Assembly (NCBI RefSeq): GCF_009834535.1
Contig: NC_045696.1
Span: 98,706,001-98,770,000, forward strand
Length of the DNA: 64,000 nt
Origin: Camelus ferus
Taxonomy: Eukaryota
Direction of reading: 5' to 3'
Shown here: piece by piece, positions 51,591 to 63,731 of the stretch
How the letters are laid out: every line of letters begins with the position of its first letter
How positions within the stretch are numbered: the first letter of the stretch is position 1
The notes under the pieces: model-generated
Told to the model about the DNA's origin: nothing
The model's input: only the letters and a program-made list of their open reading frames with translations
Database searches by the model: none
Translations under genes and position numbers: made by a program

Positions 51591-53196
51591 AAGACACCGT
51601 CTCTGATTTCCCTGGTTTTATGACATCACTTCAGATATGCTGATATTTTAATAAATGGGTGTAAGTTGAAACTTGTCATCTCATAGGTAATGTTTCCATA
51701 TGCCACATTGTCATTCTTATTCTAAGTGTGTAGTGGGGGCCAGGAATCTTTGTCACCAGTTGAAATGATTTCTTTCTACCAATAGATGTCAATATATTTG
51801 GAAAGCTGTCCTCTTCCTTTCAAATGCAATAAGTATGGAATTTCCCCATAAGTTTATTCTTATGTTGCTACTGTCTCCAACATTTATTCCGCCCCTAAAT
51901 TCCTTACTGACAAATATCCCTTAGGTGCATATTTTCTACAGTCTCCCTGAGCATCCAAAAAATATAACTGTACCAAGTAAAGCAGGTCTTTACAGACATT
52001 GCTGGTGAGAGCATCCCATTGGTGGTAACCTGAAAGTTTCCTAGCCTATCTCCCTCCATTACTCAAATGTCCAGCTCCAATTTTCTACATTATCCCTAAC
52101 TCATATCCACTGAACTCATTACCAAACTACTTGCCTATGGCTTGAGCCAATATCTGGTTTTTTGTTGAGTGGATACTGAAGAGAATGGATTCCAAGGAGT
52201 CACTCACTGGTCTTCATTCCCACTTTGCTGAGATTGATACAAAAGGTACCATAAGGAAGAGATGGCTTCTTAAGGTCTCTCCTATTTTCCAGTTTTAATT
52301 TATCATAGTTTTGATCATGAGTGACTAGAGAGACTGAGAATCGATTCCCTCACATTGTCTGTTGCTAGAATGTAAAGAAATGGATAGAGAGATACGGCAT
52401 AGAGAGATGATGGATTTTAGATTAGGAACAACTGCATGAGCAAAAGCTTTGAGGTGGGAGGGCTTGGAGAAGATACCAGGAAGAGTTTTCTTTTCTATTT
52501 TCTTGGAGTACTGAGATTCCAGGAAATAAAACATTTGCAAACTTATTCAGGATGAGAAAGAACATGTTAAAAAGAATTATATAGCAAATATCAAAGTGAT
52601 TATTCTCTTTTTGACAAATTTTTGTAAAGCTGAATTATTATCCACTTGTGTTTAAGTGAAAACTACCTAGTGTAATGCATTCTATGTACAAGATGCCTAA
52701 CAAATCTTTATGGAGGAAATGAGGAAGTAATGAGAAAAGGGAGTTAGTGGTTAATATGGGGGTCATTTTCTATCACTTTTACTCATCAGATCACAAAATA
52801 CACACTTCTTTTGGAATTTCTCATTGTGATCTGTTTTGTGCTTCATAGAAAGCAAAGGTTGTTGAGACCATTTTATATTTCTGTAGTATTTCAAATGTTA
52901 TCATTTAATAGTGTAAGAAATAGTGTATAGTATAAGAATACAAGTATAAGATAATAGTATAAGAAAACAAGCAATTGTAAATAGTTCGAAATTTTAAAGA
53001 AAAAATGCATTTCTACTGCAAAACAAGCAAATCTGTTAAAACTGAGTATAACCGGAAGGCTTTCAGGCTTATCCTAATTTCTTGTGTATCAAAAGATTGA
53101 AAACTGTCAGATGTCTTATTATGTAAAAGTAATCCATTCTGTATGGATAAGAGCTAAAGCATATGGGGGAAAGTATTGCATTTCTAGTACCAGAGA

Positions 53197-53235
53197 TCAT
53201 GCGTGAAAGCAAATGAGCATTAATCAGGGATTAAT
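53197..53235. promoter_or_regulatory. Candidate enhancer core: PAX6-type paired site plus palindromic K50 homeodomain site
   Basis: 53197-53208 reads TTTCACGCATGA on -; 53219-53235 is ATTAATC-agg-GATTAAT. Confidence 0.4.
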
Positions 53236-56094
53236 TTGCAGTGGAATGCTATAAAGCTTAGTAAAATTTTCCAAAACACATGAGTAAATCTTAATTATTT
53301 TCTCTTAATCAACAATTAATTTACGTTTGAACTGGTGAAGTTGGCTGCTCTACCATGTCACTCATTTTGAGAAAGGTACAGTGATATTTTCCAGTATGTA
53401 ATTATGAGTCTTAAGCTACCTGGCAATGCCATAAAATGTAAAACACATATATTTAAAAAAACAGTTATTTGCAGGACTTGAGGTGATTACTTTTAAAGCC
53501 ACCTATTGCTGAAGACTGATGTGAAATCTACAAACAGTGAATCTTTAAATCCTCTGATATTTCAATTCTCCATAGATTTTTAAAAAATTTAGATAGAGAT
53601 AATTAAAATTATCTAGAAAAGTACCATGACATTTCTGGTAGGCATTGTTGTGGTACCAAAAGTACACTTTTAGAATGAATTAATACTAACATATACAATA
53701 TTTGAAACTTCCCAATTCCTTATATAATGAAGGCTAAAAAAGTAACTTTCTTCCCAACACAATAATTTAGACTTAATCCTTTTCGGGGGAAATAGACTTT
53801 AAATGTAGATATATAAGAGAGTTAGACTGCCCTCTTTTAAACTCTTTGAGTCTTTTTTTGGCTGCAGATATTTCAAAGTCAGGTAAATCATTACATCTTT
53901 TTCAACAATTTTGCCATTAAAATATGTAAGGGAAGGAAAGAATGCCTAAAGAGTTTCAGGAAACATGACTCTTATGGAATGAAGGCTGGGTTGGAGTCAG
54001 TAGATTGAGCCTCCTGGTCAACCCACAGTATGATGGAAAGACAGATGTGGGGACTGCAGCAAGGAGATACTGGGTGAGAGCCAATGGAAGAAGACAAGTT
54101 TGTATGGGTAGAGAGGCGTAGTGGGGAGAGGAGCCTCTGGCCCTAGAGAACTACACACTCTCTTCACTTTCATATTTGCTTTCAGAGATCTCATCTTATT
54201 TCCTCACACTTCTAGGCAACGAAGAGACACTGTCATCTGTGGTTGTAATTCCTGCACATTTCCTTTATACCACCTGTAGGACACATGTATTACTCAATAA
54301 GCTCTCTTTAATGATTCTTAGCACTTTAAAATATCTTGTTTTATTTGAAGCAATCTGAGATTCCATTTGAGAATTAGCAGTGGAAGCCCGAATTGTGGAC
54401 TCTCTTAGTCAGTCTTGTCAAATAGCCCAACACCCAGCCCCAGTTTCAGGTGAACCTGACATCTTCTTCTTTAGGAAAATCTCTAGCTTAATCTCTAGTT
54501 TAGATGAGCTAGAGATTTTTGCCAAGAGAGTGTGAAAACTCCCTCACATCAAAGCCTGATGCCATGCTAAGTTTGGTTTTTGGGTTTTTTTTTCAAATAA
54601 GATGGAGAAAAAAAAAAACTATCAATCAAGCTGTTCCTTGTAAATCTAATTCAAGATCCCCTCATGTGGTAAGAAAATAAGGATGTTTATGTTTAATGGA
54701 GGTTATAATAGTAACTGTATCAGATGTAGAAACGTTGGATGGATTCTATGTGGGGAAAAAAAGTGCTAAAATATTGCTTTGGAATTTGCAAAAGAAAATA
54801 AACTACTGCAAAGCCAAAACCAAGAAACAAAGAACTCCAGCAGAAATAATTAAATTACTGTGGGTAATCGTGTAAAATATTCTTCTTTTTTTTTTTTTTC
54901 ATCTAAATTGTCCTTGTTCCTAAGAACTATTGAGATAAATATGTCTATCGTGGGTCGGCAGAAAACTATAAATAGGTCAGCATGATTTGGAGGCTCTTCA
55001 AAGCAGAAAATGCAGAATAATTCTTTTTTCTATCTCCTGTAAGTCGCAGTTCTTACCAGACTTAAAGAGAATTGAACTTGAGTAATAGCTCCATTAGAGC
55101 TCTTTTCCAGGAGCCAGTTCCTGTGGTCTCACTGAGTCCAGCTGCTGATGACTCACAGAGGAAGTGGTAGAGATTAGGGTGTATGGGGGAAAAATCAGAA
55201 CAGCACAGAAATAAAGCAAATCAACCAACCATTACCTTTTGTGCCAAACAGAACAATGGCTTAACTACTGTGGTTCAGAATGATCCGTCTTATTCTACTC
55301 ATTTATGCTATTCCTGTTGGAAGGACCACCAGGAAACCTGTGAACCACTATGGAACACACACTGGAATCCATGGCACATCTCAATTAATATTCCCTCCTG
55401 ACTCAACTAGAACAATGAAGAACATCAAGCAGTTTAATCTCCGGCAATAATTCCTTTTGTCAGGTCGAGAGGTTTTCCCCTTGAATTAGGTTTTAAGATC
55501 GGATTTTCAAAATTAGTTAGTTATTCTACGTATTGTGAAGCGACGAGCCCACATTTTATAAACACATGCATACGTCTAGGTAGAGCATAATGAAGTCTGT
55601 GTGTTAGCTGAGGCTCGGCTGCTATCGGAAATTTTTACTGGCTCTGAAATCAAATCAGTCTTTTATTAGCAAACAATTGTAACTAAACTTCACAGTTGTT
55701 GAAACTCTTCTTTCAATTTTCCTTAAAGGATTGGACATGTAAATGGGTCCTTTCTATCCCCCAGTAGAGTTAAATTTGATCAGGAAGATTTTAAAAGGTC
55801 ACATTGCAGATTCTTGACTTAGTTGCTGATGAACTGAAACTTTTCATGAGCTAAAAACGCTGCGTGCCTGTGTGTTCTCATGCGTTTTTGAATATATGTA
55901 ATTTCTATGAATAAATAGATTGTAAGAAGATAAATATTAGTGTCTCATTGTTTTCTTTAGCTGCAATAAACTCTAAGAACTGACTAGTGTAGAGAGCAAC
56001 TTAACTCCTTATTGACTGGTTTAAAACCAACAAAAAAAATAAGCTTAAAATTACTTAGTTTGTCCTGAATACCAGTAGACTATAATTTTGATAA

Positions 56095-56841
56095 TATTCA
56101 GAATACAAATTAAGAAATGAGTATTTTTTTTTAATAATCAGGCCTATGTCAGGAAGTGGCTGAAAAATTATCTTCAAATTATACAAATATTAGAAACTGG
56201 TTTTAATGTTTGATGGGTGCTATTTCTGTAATAAAATTAATGGCAATTTCCCTGTAACATCTTATGCTTTGATTGTTTAAAATAAAATTTGTAGGATATT
56301 TTCTAAAAATTAACCTCAAATCATACTTTATTTTTTTATAATATTATAATGAGAGAAATTAAGTTCAACTGAAGCATTAAGATAAAATACAAACCTTTTA
56401 AATGTGTGAAACACTTTGTAGATAAAATGTTCTTGTTTATTGACATGAATCAACTTAAAATAATCTATTTTGCCAATTAAAAAAATTAATATTAGAATTT
56501 TCAAGCAATGCTTTATTCTGATAGAATTTAAGAGCTTATTTTACCAAATCCACAAAATTTTAATGCTAAGAAGATGATATTTATTATTTTAAATAACAGA
56601 TTTATAAACAAATCTGTTTAAGTGGTATCATTCAAATGGATCAGTATTCCTTATCATTCTGCCAACACAACTTGTTTATTGATGTTGTATTCAGAATACA
56701 AATTAAGAAATGAGAATTTTTTTTAATAATCAGGCCTATGTCAGGAAGTGGCTGAAAAATTATCTTCAAATTATGCACATATTACAAACTGGTTTTAATG
56801 TTTGATGGGTGCTATTTCTCTAATAAAATTAATGGCAATTT
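56095..56841 (+). repeat. 155-bp direct repeat (56095-56249 and 56688-56841)
   Basis: Hand alignment gives 5 substitutions plus a 1-nt indel in a T run; ~440-bp unrelated spacer. Confidence 0.95.
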
Positions 56842-57494
56842 AATGTCTTCCTAAGACTACCTGTAAGTACATTACAGAATCAGACAAAAACCTGAGACAT
56901 CGGACAGTATTTATCCACATTCCTTTGAGCAGTGAAAATCATTTGAGAAATTTTCTGCAACTAGAAAACCAGCTCAATGAGATTTTTTGGTAAAGCCTGA
57001 TTTGATCAGCCATGGAGAAAAGTCCTTACACTAGGACATCATTCACTGAAGTTTAAGAATCAAATGGCTAGAGTCTCAATGCCTATTCTCTGCCCCTGGA
57101 CTGCCAGTTGCACTCAGTCCATGCAAAGCACAGACGTAAGGTCTATGTGAACTGGTTTACCCAGGACACTAGTCATCAAAATTCTCAAAGCAGCATTTAT
57201 GAAAGCATGTGTAATCATTCTAATACTGTGAATTTGCCGAGTGCCCCACAAACTCATCCTGGTCTGGGTCCCAAGAGAGCTCACCAAGCTTAATTAGATG
57301 CTTTGCCCCTGCCCACTCTGGATTGCCAGTCTCTCATTTTGGGGAGAAAGAGAATTAAACTGGGCAACTTGTCAGCTGTCCATCAAATGTGGCAAGCAAG
57401 CTGTAGAGTCTCTAAGAAAGAGGTTGAGAGTGGAGAGAAGGTGATTGGTGTGACTAGGTAATAATAATGTGTGAGAAATGCTATGCTAATAATA

Positions 57495-57555
57495 GTGTTT
57501 ATTCAACAAATATTTATTGTGCACTTACCGTGGGAAAGGTATTGTTCTATGTATT
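57495..57555 (-). mobile_element. L2 3'-terminal fragment
   Basis: tttattcaacaaatatttattgtgcacttaccgtg...ggtattgttcta. Confidence 0.6.
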
Positions 57556-57820
57556 TACAGTTTTAGAAAGAACTGGGGGACATAAAAAAAATCAAGAGAA
57601 ATTTTGTTCTATGGCATTGAGTGGACATAAATCACCAACATGGCAGTTTTTGACCTGCAAAGATGCAACTGTATACACTCTAACACACTCTAACTATATT
57701 TGTGTTCACATAGATATTTATAATGATCTTATGGCTATAAATAATTATTTATTATTATAATTTGTACAGAAAAAATAAGTGTGTACTTCCTACCACAGGG
57801 TAATTATTAGCTGTTTTTCT

Positions 57821-57872
57821 TTTTTTTTTAACTTTTTTAATTGCGTTATAGTCATTTTACAATGTTGTGTCA
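57821..57872 (-). mobile_element. 52-bp extremely 5'-truncated L1-type tail with 12-bp TSD
   Basis: polyT plus ttttttaattgcgttatagtcattttacaatgttgtgtca, flanked by agctgtttttct and agctatttttct. Confidence 0.7.
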
Positions 57873-58984
57873 AGCTATTTTTCTAATACATAACTTTCAC
57901 TATTAAATTGGCCTTCTCACCCATCATGCTTCTTTCAAATAATTTTGCAGCAGACATATGAAAATTTCACATTGTGACTCCTTTAAAGGCAAAACCACTG
58001 CCTCTTTTCTATCCCATACTTAGTGTAGTATCTTAATGTTTAATAAAAATGTATTGAATGTTTCTACACAAGCTCATATGTGGATTCAGGAGTGTAGTTT
58101 TTTGCACGTGTGTGTGTTTAAGCTCACATACACTTAAACACACTTTCTATACCTCAGTATATAGAACGGACAAAGAACCCACTTGTCTACAACAGTGGCC
58201 TGTAAACTTTTTTGATCAAGCATTACTTTGCTTGATTTAGCCAGATGCTTACAAAAATGACTATTTGGTTTTAATATGTACACTTATCTAATTGAGCTAA
58301 TATATTTTATTGCTGTTTCTGCATATTCATTCTATGAATGCATAAACGATACTCTGAACGTTAGAATGAAATTTGTCTAGAATAAACAAAATTTTTAAAT
58401 ATCTACTTTATTTTATTTATTAATGTTACAAATCTTACTTTCAACACTCAAACAATATTTGATGGAGGCAATGCCATTTGTTGTTATTCATTAGTTAAAA
58501 TTTTCTAGTTTAATAATTTGAAATACAGATATTTATTTAAAGATCTGATTTTAAGTTCAATTAATTTTGATACCTGCTTAATGATTGTCACCACTGTAAA
58601 AGATACTTCTCAAGACAAGTAGTCCCAAATGGAAAGAGTACATTATTGGCTCCTCTTATGAAATCAGGATGCTAATTTTTCAACCTCATCTCCAATTATG
58701 ACAAGATCTTTGTTTAAATTCACTTGCACTTGCAATGATGAGTATATTCAGCTGCATTTTCTTTGCAGGAATCTTATAAAGTCACTTGTCAATTTTGAGG
58801 GCTAGCTTAAGTAAAACTAACGTGGTCCACAAATCCACTTAACTGCACTGTGTGGAAAGACAACAAAAGCAAACAAATGCCTTCATGATTCCTCCACTGG
58901 AACTTCCGTGCTATGAGTGTCTCTCTTGCCCTAGGACACATTGTGCATGCGCCTAACATGTGGCCTGGACACAGGACAGCATGA

Positions 58985-59136
58985 CAATAGGGATGTCATT
59001 TATATATTGAAAGTTTAACATTTTTTAAAAATTTTTAGATAAAATGTAAATATAATTTAAATGAATATCTTGTCTTAATACTTCAAAGGATTGTCTAGCT
59101 CTTCTGGATGGATGCACCCCACTTCAAAGACCAGGG
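58985..59136. mobile_element. hAT-Charlie-like DNA transposon fragment
   Basis: Ends gcaccccacttcaaagaccag, resembling a Charlie-type terminus. Confidence 0.4.
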
Positions 59137-61429
59137 GCCACAATCACCGATAATGTCAAACTCACAAAGCCTATCAAGTTAAGAAATGTTAAAGTCTTTC
59201 TTTATAAACATAACAATTTTATCAAAACATTAATTTTTTTCATTTTAGTGAACTTGGATAGGTAAAGAAATTTAGTTAAGTCTAAAATAAATGTCTATTT
59301 GCTAGAGCCAATAAGAGTATTTATAAATCCACCATGGCATTAGGCATACTCATTACTCTATGAACTGTTACTTCTTAAATTACAGTCATTCATAATTTGT
59401 AAAAGTAGGATTTTAATTGCTAAAGCAACTGTAAATTGAAGTGCCTCAATAAATAATTCTCAAATTTGAGGCCTTTCTGTACATTTTGTTTTGAAATAAA
59501 TATTACATTTGTTTCTAATTTCATCACCAAATTACATGGCTCACATTACTGCTATAATCACTAATATCATTCTTCTTAATTTACAAATAGTGAAGTTAAT
59601 ATAAAATAATAACTCAGCTAAAAATTAAACATTTTATTCCCAACCCATTCATCTGCATACTGTCTTTATTAAAAAAAAACAAACTTCTACACATTAAATA
59701 TTTAATTCCTCTCGGTTATCTTCAATAGCAGCTGTGCTCACTCATGACAATTTCTAATTAATTTTAAATGGCATTTAATAGCCATTGTCCCTCCAAGTAC
59801 AGATGAATTAGAAGGCACAATGCTTGTACCGTACAAAGAGTGGCCTGTGTAAACTCTCAAATTAAATCCACACTGTAGTCAAAACTCATTTGGTGTTTGC
59901 ATCTCCTACTTTGCAGACGAGATGGTCTCAGAAGGCAGAATAGGCTAAAGATACGTTGGACAACTCTATAAGTAGAGTCTCAAGACTCTTGTCATCTTAG
60001 CTGTCTAAATTACTTCAACAGGACTCAAGGGAATTTGAAGAGGAGAAATGACATGACAAACAATTATATTCTAACACTCTATTTATAACAATGCCCTTTC
60101 AGATTATTGTTCTTCCAGACTGACACATTGGTGTAATCCCAGGGATGAATCAAGGGACTTACAGTTAGATCACTCACAGCTTGTAGGCAAAGGAAAAAAA
60201 AAGTACAAATGAAGAGCTGACATTCAGGAAATATAGAGCAACTCTAGGATAAATTCAGCTGGGATGAGCTTAATTTATCAATGTCAATAACAACGGTGAA
60301 CACATCGTAAGAATACATGCATATTAATTGAAAATAATTCAGATTAAATCACTGCAGTTTGACATTTTGAGATAGGCACTTTATCTTTTCAAGAAAAAGA
60401 GCACTATAAAATCTTTAATCTGAAAACACATCTTAATTGCATGTTATCACCTCCTAATTGCTTCTATATTATATTAAACATTTTGCTAATTACTAGCCTG
60501 ATCATGGTGTAAATAGCTTGAGGCAAGTGCTCACATCCAGCTGAAGTCTACCGAGCACAGGAGGGTCACGAGGAAGTTCTGCACTGGGTGGCTTCGTTGG
60601 ACTTGTACCTTCTTCAGGGGCTGCGCACCTTTAACTCAGCTCTCTGGTGAGGTAAAGAGATAAAGAAGCAATCGTGAAGATCAGCGATGTTTATTGTCTG
60701 TCACACTTTAATGGTATTCTTGGAAAAAGTAGGCATTCTTTTCTGATATTATAGATGTGCACGTGAGTTTTTGACTTTATGATCAAAACAGGCTCAGAGA
60801 AAAACAATACTGCATCTACTTTTTTAACCTTGATCTTTGGGACTTTGTCAGGATAAGGTGCTGGTAAATATCAATCCCTTTTATGGAATCTTTGGCCAAT
60901 ATATATGCACAAACTTGTATATGTTAGAATTTAGAATTCTTCCTCCAAGTAGTGAACAATTTAGAATGGATAAAATGTCTGTAACTGAATGGGAAATGCT
61001 ACTCTGAGAAAAAAATTAACTGAAAGAGTGACTACATTTCCCATATCATCAAAACTACATGCAAGCAAAAAGATAATACCTTTTTTTGAGTTAAAAATAT
61101 TGAAGCAATAAAATGGTGTTTTTTGACAGTAAGCTTAGCAAAAAATTTTGTTTTTTTTTTCTTCCTTGTCTTTCTCCTCTTATTCTTAAATAATGTCTAA
61201 TGTTTGTAAGGAATTGGGATAATTCTACAGTATCCCAGGAGGAGTATTTGCCAGGACACAGTCAAATGCTCAAAATGTTCCAAACGGTTTAATACGTCTA
61301 TTCCACTTCTAAGAATTTTTCATATGGAATTCATATTAGAAAAATAGCTTTTAGAGAGTTTTATATAGCAATTTCATTTTGGTCAGTTACCAAAAAAAAA
61401 AAAAAGAAAACCAACAAAAACAAAAACTA

Positions 61430-61700
61430 GGTGATTCTACTTACGTGAGATACCTAGAGTAGCCAAATTCATAGAGGCAGACAGTAGAACAATGCTTACC
61501 AGGGTCTGGGGGCAGGAAGAATATGGAGCCAGTGTTCTGTGGGGACCGAGTTTCAATATAAATGACAAAGATCTTGAGATGGACAGTCATGCCTGTGGCA
61601 CAAGAATGTAAATGAACTTAATGCCACTGAACTGTACATTTGAAATGATTAAAATGGTGAAGTTTATGTTCTATCTATTTTACTACAACAGAAAATAATA
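61430..61700 (+). mobile_element. L1MB-like 3' end
   Basis: tgattctacttacgtgagatacctagagtagccaaattcatagaggcaga...cttaatgccactgaactgtacattt...aaaatggtgaagtttatgtt. Confidence 0.85.
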
Positions 61701-61730
61701 TGTTAAAGAAAATTTAATGCTTTATTTCTC

Positions 61731-62356
61731 TTTTTTTTGTTTTTTTTAAGTTTTTTTTCCTTCTAGTTGTATTGAGATATAATTGACATACAGCACGGAA
61801 CAAGCTTCAGGTGGACAGCATAATGATTTGATTCACATATATCATGAAATGATTATTACGGTCAGTTTAGTGAACATCCATCATCTCATCTCGGTACAAA
61901 ATTAAATAAATAGAAAAATGTTTTTTCCTTGTGATGAGAACTCTTAGGATTTACTCTCTTAACAACTTTCATATATAACATACAATAGTGTTGAGTATAT
62001 TTATCATGTGGCACATTATATCCCTAGTGTTTATTTATCTTATAACTGGAAGTTTGTACCTTTTGACCACCTTCAGCCAATTACCCTTCCTTCTACCCCC
62101 TCACCACTGGTAGCCACAAATCTGATCTCTTTTTCTATGTTTGTTTGTTTTTGAAGTTTAACTGACCTATAACACTATGCTATTTCCTGTTACACAACAT
62201 AGTGATTTGACATTTCTATACATTTCAAAATGATCATAAACTTCCAGTTGCAAAATAAATGAGTCACAGGTGTGAAATGTACTGTGTGGGGACTATAGTC
62301 AATAATTACGTAGTGTCTTTGTACCAGGATAGATCATAACTGCACTTACAGTGATC
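61731..62356 (-). mobile_element. Laurasiatherian L1 3' end with inverted 5' segment
   Basis: polyT plus antisense L1 3' UTR to 62236, then a sense-orientation L1 segment aaacttccagttgcaaaataaatgag...cacttacagtgatc (62238-62356). Confidence 0.8.
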
Positions 62357-62421
62357 TTTATCACTACATTATTAACTAGATCAGCTATAAAAACCATGAT
62401 AAAATAGAAAATTATATACAT

Positions 62422-63067
62422 TGTGATAGCCATTTGGGGTATGTTTTCAATATTCCAGTTTTCCTCTTTTTAAGGGCATTGGTAGGACTGCATCTCTCCC
62501 CTCTTTTTGAAGTTAGGTACAGTCATGTGACTTTCAAGACAACTGTTACGGGTTAAATTGCATCTCCCCCAAAAGCATATGCCCTAACCCCCAATATGAC
62601 TGTCTTTGGAGACAGTGCCTCCAGGAATGTAATTAAAATTAAATGAGGTCTTAAGGGCAGAGCTCTAATCTGATAAAATTGGAGTCCCTATAAGGAGAAC
62701 AAGAGAATCAAACCTCTCTTTCTTCCTCCCCAAACTCAACACAAAAGAAAGACCATGCTGTGAGCACAGGGTGAGAAGGTAGTCTACAAGCCCTGAAGTG
62801 AGGCCTCACCAGAAACCAGCTCTCCCAATGCCTTGATCTTGGACTTCTCGTTTCCAGACTTATGAGAAAATGAATTTCTGTTGCTTATGCCACCAGACTG
62901 TGGGATTTTGTCACAGCAGCCTGAGAAACTTAACACAGTAATTCACACTGGGCTGTACTGCACGAGGGAGAAGAATAAAGCTTTTTGGTTGGTTGGTTGG
63001 TTTTAAGCCCCTGAGGTTTGGGGATTTTTTGTTACACAGTACAATCTAGCCTAGCCTGATTAATACA
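62422..63067 (+). mobile_element. Older MLT1 (H/I/J-like) LTR split by a younger MLT1A/B-like LTR at ~62544-62937
   Basis: Outer: tgtgatagcc...gaagttaggtacagtcatgtgacttt and ttttaagcccctgaggtttgggg...cctagcctgattaataca; inner: tgttacgggttaaattgc...ccttgatcttggacttc...ttttgtcacagcagcctgag. Confidence 0.8.
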
Positions 63068-63731
63068 TAGCTGCTTTTGCTTATCTATTTTACAGAATAT
63101 TTGCTGTGTAATAAACAAAAATATACTTCCTAACATAAAAACAGAAACAATAATTTCGTTATCTTTAAGGAGTTGTTAGGAAAAAACTAAGTTGTTCCTC
63201 TCATATGGTATAATAAAATAAATAATCTAATTATTAGAAAGCGTTGAGTTAAATTAAACCATACGTTATTTTCTCCTTTGCAGTGCCTTGCTTCTGCTCT
63301 CCCGTGTGTGTGTGTGTGATCAATTCCGTTCTCCTTATAAACTTTTGCTGTGACTACATGTTTCTGCTTCCACTATTACTGATACAATTGACTTAAATGT
63401 TCGCTTCATTAACACTTTGTAAAGACTTGTGAAAGTGAGTCTTCTGATTTCTGTTTTCTTTTTTAATTTGGCAACACTATGCCTCTGGTCTATCGGCTTT
63501 CACTTTGTCATTAATATTTCTTTAATTTGCCATATTTGCCAATAACAAAATGCCACAGTCTGGGTGGCTTAAGCATTTCTTTAATTATCCACCGGGGAAA
63601 GACCATCTTCCCTAAAGAAAGAGAATACAAAGATGGGGAGGGAAGTTAACTCCTCCCCTTTTCATTGAATGATATTTGCCTGATCTTTTCCAGGCACTTT
63701 ATTATTTTTTTTTCTCTTTAGTAACAGCTTA

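Noticed and set aside
52908..52971. Degenerate AGTATAAG tandem repeat
   Set aside because: Ordinary slippage-derived low-complexity sequence
56095..56841. Mini LTR retroelement (TRIM) or CRISPR-like interpretation of the direct repeat
   Set aside because: No TG...CA ends, PBS, PPT or TSD; only two copies; eukaryotic context
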